Positions 54,030 to 64,000 of a DNA stretch of 64,000 nt are shown here, piece after piece. The translations under genes and the position numbers were made by a program. The first letter of the stretch is position 1; each line of letters begins with the position of its first letter. Origin of the DNA: Histomonas meleagridis 2922-C6/04-290x (lineage: Eukaryota; Protista; Parabasalia); NCBI GenBank assembly GCA_020184695.1, contig JAANOX010000061.1, positions 186,001 through 250,000 on the forward strand. The letters run 5' to 3'. The notes beneath the pieces are model-generated. The model saw nothing but the letters and a program-made list of their open reading frames with translations, had not been told where the DNA came from and did no database searches.

Positions 54030-55706
54030 ATGGAAAAATATAATAAAATACGATTTCTTGGATGTGGATCATATGGGAAAGTCAACCTAGTAGAAGAAGT
54101 TATCACAAAGGAAAAATATGCACTTAAAAAAATACCAATACCATTTGAATTTTCAGAAGAACGAGAAACAATTAAGAAACATTATGAAACTTTTGGAAGA
54201 ATAGAACATCCAAACATTGTTAAAATCCATGAAATTTTTGAAACAGCAAAAAACATTTGTGTTGTTATGGAATACTTAGAAGGCGGTAATTTATCAGAAC
54301 GAATTCATTTATTTAAGAAATTCATACCAGAATCGCAAGTTATTCATTATTTTCATCAAATATTAACAGGGATTCAATTTCTTCATGAAAATAAAATCAT
54401 TCATCGAGATTTAAAACCAGAAAACATTTTACTTGATAAGAATGATCATATTAAAATATGTGATTTTGATAATGTTAGAGTTCTTGAAACTATCCATCAA
54501 AAATGCCAAAGTTGTGTAGGTACGCCATTATATGTCTCACCAGAAATCATTAATTTTATGTCATATGATTTAAAAACAGATATTTGGTCATTAGGATGTA
54601 TACTTTATGAATTATGCTCATTAAAAAGACCATTTGATGGGAATAATATAGTGGTATTACGTAAGTTAATAACCAATGGAAAATATGAACCTATTCCATC
54701 ATTTTATAATAAAAATCTTCGGGAACTTGTTACGCGAATGCTTCAAATAAATCCGCAACGCAGACCAACAATCAAACAAATTCTATTAGAACCATTCATT
54801 CAAGAATTCATTTACATCGATAATTTCATTCCATGTAATGCAAATGATCAATTTGAAGAAAAATCCATCAATTCATTTCAAAATAATTACAGAAAAATCA
54901 AAAAACTTGATTCATTTTGTTATTTTTCAGAAAAATGTTATCTTGTTGAATCTAAATCCTCGTCCATTCAATATTTCTTAAAAACACGTATATCTATCCA
55001 TCCCGATGAAATACAAATCACAAAAAAAATTTATGGTACTATTTCTAAAATCTCACATCGAAATATCATTCAAATATACAATTATTTCGAAGATAATGAA
55101 AAAATTTATGTTCTAATGGAATTCGTACCAGGTGATTTATCAGAACTTATAAGACGCCAACGAGAGAATAATAAAAAGATAGAAGAAGTTGATGTTTTAA
55201 ATTATTTTATTCAAATCTGTTTTGCAGTGAAATTTTTTCATGATAATAAAATTATTCATCGCAATTTAAAACCATCAAATATTCTTCTCGATCATTGTAA
55301 TAATGTAAAATTGGCAGGTTTTGATGGTATTCGAATTCTTGAAACTATTAATGAAAAATGTTATAGTATTGTAGGTACACCATTATATATGTCACCAGAA
55401 ATCATTAATTTTATGTCATATGATTTAAAAACAGATATTTGGTCATTAGGATGTATACTTTATGAATTATGCTCATTAAAAAGACCATTTGATGGGAATA
55501 ATATAGTGGTATTACGTAAGTTAATAACCAATGGAAAATATGAACCTATTCCATCATTTTATAGTGAAAATCTTAGGAAACTTGTTTCGCGAATGCTTTC
55601 AATAAATCCTAAACATAGACCAACAATAAATGATATTCTTCAATTTCCATTCATTCAAAAACGTTTATACGAAATGAACAATCTCATGAAAATACAAGAA
55701 CATTAA
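54030..55706 (+). CDS. Tandem two-domain NEK-like protein kinase
   Basis: Domain 1 has GCGSYG, YALKK, HRDLKPEN and DFD; domain 2 lacks the Gly loop and has HRNLKPSN and LAGFDG (probable pseudokinase). Confidence 0.9.
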   Translation: MEKYNKIRFLGCGSYGKVNLVEEVITKEKYALKKIPIPFEFSEERETIKKHYETFGRIEHPNIVKIHEIFETAKNICVVMEYLEGGNLSERIHLFKKFIPESQVIHYFHQILTGIQFLHENKIIHRDLKPENILLDKNDHIKICDFDNVRVLETIHQKCQSCVGTPLYVSPEIINFMSYDLKTDIWSLGCILYELCSLKRPFDGNNIVVLRKLITNGKYEPIPSFYNKNLRELVTRMLQINPQRRPTIKQILLEPFIQEFIYIDNFIPCNANDQFEEKSINSFQNNYRKIKKLDSFCYFSEKCYLVESKSSSIQYFLKTRISIHPDEIQITKKIYGTISKISHRNIIQIYNYFEDNEKIYVLMEFVPGDLSELIRRQRENNKKIEEVDVLNYFIQICFAVKFFHDNKIIHRNLKPSNILLDHCNNVKLAGFDGIRILETINEKCYSIVGTPLYMSPEIINFMSYDLKTDIWSLGCILYELCSLKRPFDGNNIVVLRKLITNGKYEPIPSFYSENLRKLVSRMLSINPKHRPTINDILQFPFIQKRLYEMNNLMKIQEH

Positions 55707-56539
55707 TAAACAACAAAATTTAATTTAAAGGTTTTATCTCAGGTGAAAATTCATGCAAATAGGGTTGGCCCACGATTAATCGATTAATTTTCGATACGAG
55801 TCACTTTTTTTATCGATAAAAATCGATTAATAACGGTTTGAATCTCGATAAAATCGATAAACTCGAAAAAAGCCACTTTTTTATCGAAAAAATCGATTTT
55901 GAAAAGTGACGTTATTTATCGAGGAGGTATAGGATCCTCTCAATCGATTTTTAAAGGGTATATTTCGAACGATATAAAACGATCCCACTTTTCAAAAGAA
56001 ATTATCATTATATCAATTTGATTTTCAATAAAAATATAAATGACACCTATTTTGAATGAAAATAGAAAATGAAATACGGTTTGGCAGAACACAGTCCGAT
56101 TGAAAAACATTAAAAAAGTGGTGAGTGTCACAATAACTTATTGAATACTTTATGAATGTGTAAACTATTCATTGATCAAAGTTGAAATTTGAGTAAAACT
56201 ATATTACATCATATATATACCTAAAGTTTATCAGAATGATTTAGATATGATTATGACCGAAATTTATATGATAGCATTAAATTCGGATTATATATATAAA
56301 TATTCATTATTTCTGATATTTTTTTTCTGTTGTAATGAAATATGATATAAAAATATTCTTCGATCCATCAAATTCGTATTTTCGATATTCTAATAGTCCA
56401 AATATCATGAAATAATAATATTGTATTTAAACAGAGCGGATTTATAAAAAGTCTATTTCGATAATTGGATATCATTATTATTTTATCATTTCGATGAATT
56501 TGGATATCATTATTTTATCATTTCGATGAATTTGGATTT

Positions 56540-58220
56540 AAATAATATATCATTCGAATTATATCTGTATTTATATTTTTTGATGCTATCATATGCACTG
56601 TTTTACATGTTTATAAGTACAGAAGGGTGAAAAAGTACCCAACCCACCCCTCAAAAATGCTCAAATCTTAATATTAATTAATTTAGTTGATGATTTTAAT
56701 TAATGTATTCACCATTGTTTCTAATAACATCTTCCAATCAATTAATCCATTCATGGAACACATTTTGAAGGTCTTCGAAAGTAAGATTGTCCCATGTTTA
56801 TTTAATGGCACTTTTTAACTCATTTTCATTTGAAATGATTTACCTGCAAACTTGTTTTTCGAGTATCCGAAAGACCAGAAGTAACTTGGTAAAATATCGG
56901 GGGAATATGGCCGATGGGATGCTCTTATTGATCCGCTTTTTTTTTAAAAATCAGTGGTCACTTTTGAATTATGAATGCGACAGTTGTCCATATGAATAAA
57001 CATGCCCTTAACTTTTTTATTCTAGTACCAATTCGTCCATTTTTGACGATGCTGGATAAAACGCATCCACAAAAATGTGTTGAATTAAATTTTGAACCTG
57101 GATCTAAAATATTAACTGTTACAAGGCCAACACCAGTAAAGAATATTGTAACCATCCGTTTTTTTGTATTGATACTTTGTCTCAACCTTGGTGTAACAGA
57201 ATCTGGATTTGGTGCCCATTGAAAGGAATGATAATAATGCATATTAAACCAACTTTCACTACCAGTAATAATATTGGCAAAATTGTTTGGTTCATCTGCC
57301 TTAAGTATCTATAAAAGTTCTTCTGATTCTTTAACCCTTTTTAATTTTTGTTCATCTGTAAGTAAATGAGGAATCCATTTTTTTGAATATTTATTATAAT
57401 TCATTTCTAATAAGTTTCTCTTAACAACAAATTTATCAACGTGGAAAGCTTTTGCCATTATTTTGGTTGATGCATAAGGTTCATCATTGAGAAAATTTAA
57501 AATTAATTTTTTAATATCGATTTTTGGCCTTCCACTCCTTGGGAGATCTTCGCCTGTGGTTCTACCCTCTTTCCAGCTTTTAATCCAATATTTTATTTGG
57601 GTTTCAGAGTATGCTTCCTCCTTATACATTTCATCTAATTGCTTTTTGATTTTCCTGCAACCTTGGCCTTGTAGCATTTAAAAATGAATGATATACCTTT
57701 GCTCAATAGACATAATACCAATTATTTTAAACGTTCGAAAATTTAAACGTATATAACTTTTTACTGAATTTATATTTTTTAAAAATTTTTATATACTTAA
57801 ATACACAAGAGTTTATACTTATATATAAATACCATTTTATGTTTTAATTCATTCTTAATAAAGAATTACAGGGGTGGGTCGGGTACTTTTTCACCCCCCT
57901 GTAATTCCAAATGTTTATATGAAATATTCATATTTCCGAATATAATTTGAAAATACCAAATGATTAAAATGAATACAAAATAAAATATATATCTTTAGTA
58001 TTAATATCATATTATTTTTGTTCCATAAGTGATTTAACGATTTATCCATGACCACTTGAAGATACTTATAGTGCTGTTTATAATATTTAAGAAAAAATTA
58101 CTTAAGTGTTTTTTTAATAGAATAAATAAATATCATTAGCATTTATACCACCCATTTCTTTTTGTACTTTTGCAACTGCATAATGACCTTGTTATATTGC
58201 ACAATGAGGTGCTGTTTCAT
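56540..58220 (-). pseudogene. Decayed ankyrin modules with spacers, split by the mariner
   Basis: TAPHCAI*QGH, TAL*VSSSGH and DINTKD fragments; joining the mariner flanks restores GGA|17 nt|AAA|ACA (G-K-T). Confidence 0.7.
56620..57901 (-). mobile_element. Mariner element (1282 bp), TA TSD, decayed transposase
   Basis: ~31-bp TIRs CAG(AA/GG)GGGTGAAAAAGTACCC; WIPHLLT, TGSESW (first catalytic D mutated) and HMDN motifs, with stops and frameshifts. Confidence 0.92.
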
Positions 58221-59344
58221 TAATTTCATATAAATTACAAAAGATATAACACAGTAAATATTCATGAGAAACATTTTTACTATATATATTATTACATAAT
58301 GAAGAATTATTAATTATAACAATTCTATGAGATTAAAAAATGACAAATTATTAGTACTTTATAGAGCATCCGACTTCTAATATTAGAATTATGATTCGAA
58401 ATATTGATAAATTTTTTTATTGATCAAAATTTCCTCTTACATTATGTGAACTATTATAAATACAATCTATATTCACCATCATGATACATAATGTAAATAC
58501 CATAGAATAAACTATCTCATCTGTATAATCCGAATGAAACGAAACATATTAAAAAATAAAATTTAATAATAAATGCATTGCTTTGGAATATATAAAATAT
58601 TCAAAGTTATCGAAAATAAATAAAAGCCTTAATATCTTATTTATGTAAAACATGATTTCTAAAGTCACAGAACATTAATGTTTATTAAATATTTTTTAAT
58701 AAAAATATCAAAAACCCATATCACTCACTGTGATTCGTGTAAAATCAATGAATAGTTTACATATTCATAAAGTATTCAATAAGTTATTGTGACACTCACC
58801 ACTTTTTTAATGTTTTTTAATCGGACTGTGTTCTGCCAAACCGTATTTCATTTTCTATTTTCATTCAAAATAGGTGTCATTTATATTTTTATTGAAAATC
58901 AAATTGATAGAATAATAATTTCTTTTAAAAAGTGGGATCGTTTTATATCGTTCGGAATTTACCTGTTAAAAATCGATTGAGAGGATTTGGAGGTTTGGTC
59001 TGCGGTTGTGTAATTGATCCGACCCCCCTAGTTTTCATGTTATAAGACTAAGTCAATAGGAATGATATTTATATTCTTTATATCACGAAATTTTTGAATG
59101 ATTTTTAATCGACCAAAACCGTTTATTTATCGTGAAATTGATTGATATCGATAAATAAACGGTTTTTATTGATGTTAAATCGAAAAAACCGTATATCGAA
59201 TTTAATCGATTATTAGAAAGCCGATTAATCGAATATCGAACGATATTACGGTTATTTATCGATTTTTATCGATTACCAACCCTACATGCAAAGAAGACAG
59301 CTTCGGAGCCCCGGGAAAGCTTTCTTATGATTTTACATAATATT

Positions 59345-59530
59345 TATAGATGTCTCTTGCTAGCTTGATCAAAATAACATTAAAATTAATGCAAAATGTT
59401 AATTAACTTTATATAATGAAGTTTTGATTTTATGCATAAAACAAATTGAAAAATTACTTCGTTTCAAAGGTGCCACTTAATTTTCTCATTTAACTATGTG
59501 AAATAAAGAAAACAAGATTTATTTAGCATT
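59345..59530 (+). pseudogene. Degenerate partial copy of the 3' end of ankyrin locus A
   Basis: Resembles 49560-49800, including TATATAATGAAGTTTT, GAAAAATTACTTC..AAAGGTGC and AAATAAAGAAAACAA. Confidence 0.65.
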
Positions 59531-59839
59531 GATTTTTTTTTCTCATAATGTTTTGTGTTTTTATTAATGGAACACTTTAATCTACTAAATTTTCTTCATT
59601 CATATTCATTAAAATATAATCAAATTCTTGTGTTAAAACATTAATAATTTTTCTGGAACTTTAATCAAATATTTCTTCTTCTTTTCTTTTTTTGTTTATT
59701 CTTTGAATTCATTCTTTGATTAGTTCCGGTACCAATATAATCATTAGTCACAACTTATGATATCAAATTCATTTCCATGAATAATAACAATAATTTCCAA
59801 AATTCGGATAACATTTTATATTTATTTAATAAGAAAATA

Positions 59840-62800
59840 TTATCGATTAGTGAATTTAAAATGATTTGTCCATTCATTCGACAACAACGAATCGATTAAT
59901 TCTTCCAAATTCTCTCTGTTCAGCTCCAGTATCATTCTATTCCTTAGGCCAGGATCCTGATAACCGAACTGATCCAAATAAATTCCCTTCAACTTAATCA
60001 AAGAGTTAAACTCATTTATACCCAAACTAATTGAAGATGCCGTTTTACCCGACAACACCAAAAACACCGAAAACGAATCGTTAAAGAAGTTCTTTAAATA
60101 ATCGTACACATGAATATATTTTTCATTCTCATCGAAACTCACAATCGAACCAGTCAAAAGACAAACGCCGAATCTTTTATCGAAATGTTGCGAAATGTTT
60201 AAAACTTCAGATTGTTTAAACAAATCCAAAAAATTATCGGGCAAATGAATCAAATTAAATTTCGGTAATTCTTTCGGTAATTTATCATAAGGTTTTATAC
60301 CGAAGAATTTTAAGACGTTTTTAAACTTTAAAACTTTTTTCCAATTTATATTACAATCGAAATTCTCACATAAACAAATTTTCACAAATATTATCACATT
60401 GGAAAGGAATATTAAACTTTCAGTATGTTTTAAAGTGGATGAAATCGTTTTAGCTAAATCGATATAATTAAAATGTGTTATATTACTCATAGCAAAATAC
60501 ATAAATAAAAACAATTGTAAAGGTTCCATTTCATTATCTTCTTCATTATCATCGTCTAATATATACTCTGTTTCTTTCGATTTCACATGCCATATACATA
60601 AAAAGAATTGTCGTAACTTAATATATATTAATTCATTATTTAAACATTCGGGTTTAGATCTAAAACGAATTTCTAATAATTCGATTTCTGATGAAAGTGT
60701 TTCAATAATTCCATTTATATTATTTTTTCCCCAAATGTTATTAAAGAATTGATTAATTCCATTTATCAAATTTTCATTTGTAATTTTCTTGAGTCCATTT
60801 TGGATAATAGGTAATCCATTATTACGTGGACATCGATCATTCGGGCATTCATAACATTTAATATTATCAATACATGAATAATGTATCGGATGCTTACAAA
60901 TATGTAAAGATTTAAATGTGTTTAATTTTGGTGTCTTTCGTGATGAAGGATTTCGAAATTTCCATTTACAATATGATAATAATGGATTGTTAAAGACAAA
61001 TAATGGATATATGAAATAATCATTGGTTGAATCATCACTTTCTATATGACAGATACTACATTCGAATTCATTGTTAATGTTTTCATCATTGAATTGTTGT
61101 GAAAACATTTCTTGATCTTGTGAAAATGTTCGAATTATATTATCTTTTAAGTTACGAATTTTATTTTTTTGTTCTTCAATTAAATTCATATTTTTATTGT
61201 TATTGTTATTATTATTTGTTATTATATTTATTTTCATTTCTTTTATAACTTTTTGTCCTAATTCGCCTAAATTTAATAACAATGTAATTATATTAATTTC
61301 TGTTGCGTTTTGATATTTAATATTTGTATATATGAAATCATTAAATGATTTATATAAAAGTTTTGTATAAAGTTCATTAAAATTATTCGCTTCAATGATT
61401 TCATTATTAATTTCATTAATATTTGTTAATTTCGATGATTCAATTAATAAATATAAAACAAATTGTAAATTATTTTTGTTTTTGTTTAAGTTGTTTTGTG
61501 ATAATATTAAAAATTCAATTGTAAATAAAATCGGCGAAAATAAAATCGATTTAAATTCACTTAATATCTCTGGAAACTTAATTAAAACATTCTGATTCTT
61601 ATCAATGAAAGAATTCATTGACTTTTGTATCTCAATTGGCTTTAAGTAATATAACAATGGATGCCATTCAATGTTCTTAGATGTCCGTAATTGGATACCA
61701 TTACGCGTTTCGATCATTTCGATATGTTTCTTTAATTCTTTAAGGAAAAATTGATTCTTCATTAAGTTGCCCCACATATTCTTTAATAAATCTGATGGAG
61801 TACAACTATTAATTTGTAATTCATTTAATGCTATCATTAATGCAATATTAAACTTTTTGGTTTCTTTAGTGGTGATTAAACATAAAATAAATAATAAAAA
61901 ACAAAATATTATCGAATCAAACTTTTCATTAATTTCTTCATTGTCTTCAAATAAGCCATGAATTGAAGCTATCATTTTAATAAACTCTAACTTGTTTAAT
62001 GTGCTCCGTAATAAGGTTTGAATGATTTGAAACGATGGAATATAACTATATTTTAAATTACATTTAAATTTTTGGGATTTTAATGCAATGATATAATCAT
62101 CTGAATTTCGGATAAATAAATCATAACAAACTAAATTTGTAGAAATCATTAACCTTAATGGAATAAATGCTAATTTTTGATAAAATGTATCAAGATTTTC
62201 TTCGTTGTTGTAAACTTTACAAATTTCTGTAAAGTTCTGAATTTTTGACTTTATACATTTGAACGTTAAAAGTTCGAGTGAATATATAAGCAAAACCTCA
62301 ACGTTACTTTCTAGGACACTTCGATAATATAGGTCATTTTTACCATTATAGTTTGGATCAATAACCGATTTTATTTTATCTAAACATTGAATCAACTCAA
62401 TGAATGGATATTCATTATAATAATTATCAGATATTTGATATATAATATGATTTAAACCAAATTGATAGTTATGTAACGTAGATATCATCCCATCTTTCCC
62501 ATTTACTTTTTCATGAAATTCCCGAATAATTGGTTTCATAAAAAAAGTGATTGATAAAAATTTGGAGAATTCCTCAACAAACATTTCATCGTTGTGCTTA
62601 AAGTGAAATCCAGATTTGACCATAAAACATATCATATTAATGATAGATAATAAATTGATCTTCTCACAAAACGTTTGGTTAAGATTGTTCCCTAAGAATT
62701 TATTAAGTAATTTTAAGATGTCAATTGAAACTTGTACCCAATTAAATGATGAGATTTGTTTTTCATCTTCAAATGAACTCGAAAATAAGTTTAAAGCATA

Positions 62801-63619
62801 ACTTGTTATAGAATATAATGCGAACAGTGGTGGTTCTTTTCGATTATTATCTGAGTTTCGTGATGCTGTTAATTTGGACCAAATATATAATGGAAGTTTG
62901 GGACAAAAATTTTGGATAAAATTGTGTCGGAATGTGTCGTCTTTAACTAATACTCGTAAAAATGAAAAAAATTGTTGGATGAGAATTGTATCAGATGAAT
63001 ATAACCGTGTAAGTAAATCATTAATATCAAGTGTATTAAATATAGAAATTGATATACATCGAATAAATGGATCACCGGTATATGCAATTTGTTTAAGCCA
63101 TAAAATTATGTATTGAAATGTCTTAGGACTAATGCTAATATAATAAGGAAGCCTACGAAGTACAACGGAAATAACTGATATGTATTTTTTGACGACTGCT
63201 GAATCTAATTGATCACATGGATCTGCACTTGAACATTTATGCTCGCAACAAAATCCAGATTCTTTCCAGGCAATACGATCACCACAATCACAATTGCCTC
63301 GTGATGAAATTTGCAAACGAACATCATGCCCTTCATGATTTCCTTTTAAATAACATGATAAACATATAATGGAATTTTTGCATAAACCACATGTTTTGCA
63401 TTGAACACATAATACTGGAGTTGACCATTCTCGTTGACATACTAGTTTTTGAAATGATTTTTTTATGTTGGATAAATAATTTGAAAATTCTTCTGATTCA
63501 TGTTCTGGGCCTTTAAGGTACTGTTCACAAAAATTGATTCCGTCAATAATATCAATTTCAAGTCTGTCATTTAAGGCTTCAATTGGGTCATTTTGCATTC
63601 TGAGTAAAAAAACGTTCAT
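59840..63619 (-). CDS. UBR-box (N-recognin) E3 ubiquitin ligase-like protein with RING-like region
   Basis: CVQCKTC...CLSCYLKGNHEGHD...GNCDCGD UBR zinc finger; CSICH...CKHPIHYSC...CP RING-like segment. Confidence 0.88.
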   Translation of the reverse strand: MNVFLLRMQNDPIEALNDRLEIDIIDGINFCEQYLKGPEHESEEFSNYLSNIKKSFQKLVCQREWSTPVLCVQCKTCGLCKNSIICLSCYLKGNHEGHDVRLQISSRGNCDCGDRIAWKESGFCCEHKCSSADPCDQLDSAVVKKYISVISVVLRRLPYYISISPKTFQYIILWLKQIAYTGDPFIRCISISIFNTLDINDLLTRLYSSDTILIQQFFSFLRVLVKDDTFRHNFIQNFCPKLPLYIWSKLTASRNSDNNRKEPPLFALYSITSYALNLFSSSFEDEKQISSFNWVQVSIDILKLLNKFLGNNLNQTFCEKINLLSIINMICFMVKSGFHFKHNDEMFVEEFSKFLSITFFMKPIIREFHEKVNGKDGMISTLHNYQFGLNHIIYQISDNYYNEYPFIELIQCLDKIKSVIDPNYNGKNDLYYRSVLESNVEVLLIYSLELLTFKCIKSKIQNFTEICKVYNNEENLDTFYQKLAFIPLRLMISTNLVCYDLFIRNSDDYIIALKSQKFKCNLKYSYIPSFQIIQTLLRSTLNKLEFIKMIASIHGLFEDNEEINEKFDSIIFCFLLFILCLITTKETKKFNIALMIALNELQINSCTPSDLLKNMWGNLMKNQFFLKELKKHIEMIETRNGIQLRTSKNIEWHPLLYYLKPIEIQKSMNSFIDKNQNVLIKFPEILSEFKSILFSPILFTIEFLILSQNNLNKNKNNLQFVLYLLIESSKLTNINEINNEIIEANNFNELYTKLLYKSFNDFIYTNIKYQNATEINIITLLLNLGELGQKVIKEMKINIITNNNNNNNKNMNLIEEQKNKIRNLKDNIIRTFSQDQEMFSQQFNDENINNEFECSICHIESDDSTNDYFIYPLFVFNNPLLSYCKWKFRNPSSRKTPKLNTFKSLHICKHPIHYSCIDNIKCYECPNDRCPRNNGLPIIQNGLKKITNENLINGINQFFNNIWGKNNINGIIETLSSEIELLEIRFRSKPECLNNELIYIKLRQFFLCIWHVKSKETEYILDDDNEEDNEMEPLQLFLFMYFAMSNITHFNYIDLAKTISSTLKHTESLIFLSNVIIFVKICLCENFDCNINWKKVLKFKNVLKFFGIKPYDKLPKELPKFNLIHLPDNFLDLFKQSEVLNISQHFDKRFGVCLLTGSIVSFDENEKYIHVYDYLKNFFNDSFSVFLVLSGKTASSISLGINEFNSLIKLKGIYLDQFGYQDPGLRNRMILELNRENLEELIDSLLSNEWTNHFKFTNR

Positions 63620-64000
63620 AACCGATAAATCAATTCAAAAATCATTTTTGAAAAAGCTGACATATTGAAAATCCATATAAACATTTCAAAATATTAATTC
63701 TAAATATCTTGATAATTTCTTAATAAATATTAAAACAATTTTTATTATATTTTAAATCTAAATTATTATTTGGAGTTTCGAATTATAAGCATTTTTTTTT
63801 TTATATTTTCACTCGAAAAAATAATTTTACTTCCATTGGATAAAAGGGATATTTTTTACCCCATCCTATTGAAAAAATGAAATTGAATGACCTTCTGGAA
63901 ACTTTTTAACTGTTTGATGAGAAAAAAAATTTTGCGGAAAGTCTATTTGACAAAAATGTTGTATTTTATTTGAAAGAACAACTATTTTAATATTCGACTA

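Larger units (their letters stand above)
55932..58988. mobile_element. Long-TIR (MULE-like) insert carrying host-gene cargo
   Basis: ~245-bp inverted repeats 55932-56176 / 58745-58988; imperfect 9-bp flanking repeat GGAGGTATA / GGAGGTTTG; no transposase. Superfamily call tentative. Confidence 0.55.
55760..59284. mobile_element. Non-autonomous hAT-type element with nested insertions
   Basis: TAGGGTTGG...CCAACCCTA termini, perfect 8-bp TSD CATGCAAA (55752-59, 59285-92), dense subterminal ATCGA/TCGAT repeats. Confidence 0.9.

Noticed and set aside
55940-56131. Duplicated 63-aa ORF (also 58789-58980)
   Set aside because: Lies wholly within the inverted repeats; no motif and no ATG start.

Overview
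AT-rich eukaryotic genomic DNA, most consistent with a parabasalid (trichomonad). Support: DUF3447-ankyrin genes, GP63-like protease, legumain, IscU with a short presequence, bacterial-type cysteine synthase and cupin, NEK and UBR-box genes, and Tc1/mariner/hAT elements. Two structures stand out. (1) Three ankyrin-repeat loci (32113-34079, 46908-49755, 50499-52538) look broken into 90-nt coding modules separated by 63-83-nt AT-rich spacers. The spacers parse into 17-nt blocks (mostly starting ATT/AAT/GTT/TTT and ending TTT, no GT-AG) alternating with single codons. Removing the blocks restores the ankyrin D-x-x-G-x-T loop (e.g. KD-KYGY-TAL, KE-KDGD-TAL, KD-DRGW-TAL, KD-ENGN-TAF, QD-KFGN-TAL). 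This implies about 80 ultra-short non-canonical excised elements separating 3-nt micro-exons. (2) A 20.7-kb nested-palindromic element (5437-26169) with (AC)n/(GT)n-tipped TIRs and no target-site duplication. It encodes a Prim-Pol/SF3 primase-helicase, a poxvirus-A22-like Holliday-junction resolvase, HNH nucleases and a KilA-N fragment, but no recognisable integrase, transposase, pPolB or capsid. The window also has a hAT > MULE-like > mariner nest carrying an ankyrin fragment. Many single-base frameshifts fall in homopolymers and may be long-read errors. All parses and family assignments were made by eye; no database search or alignment program was run.
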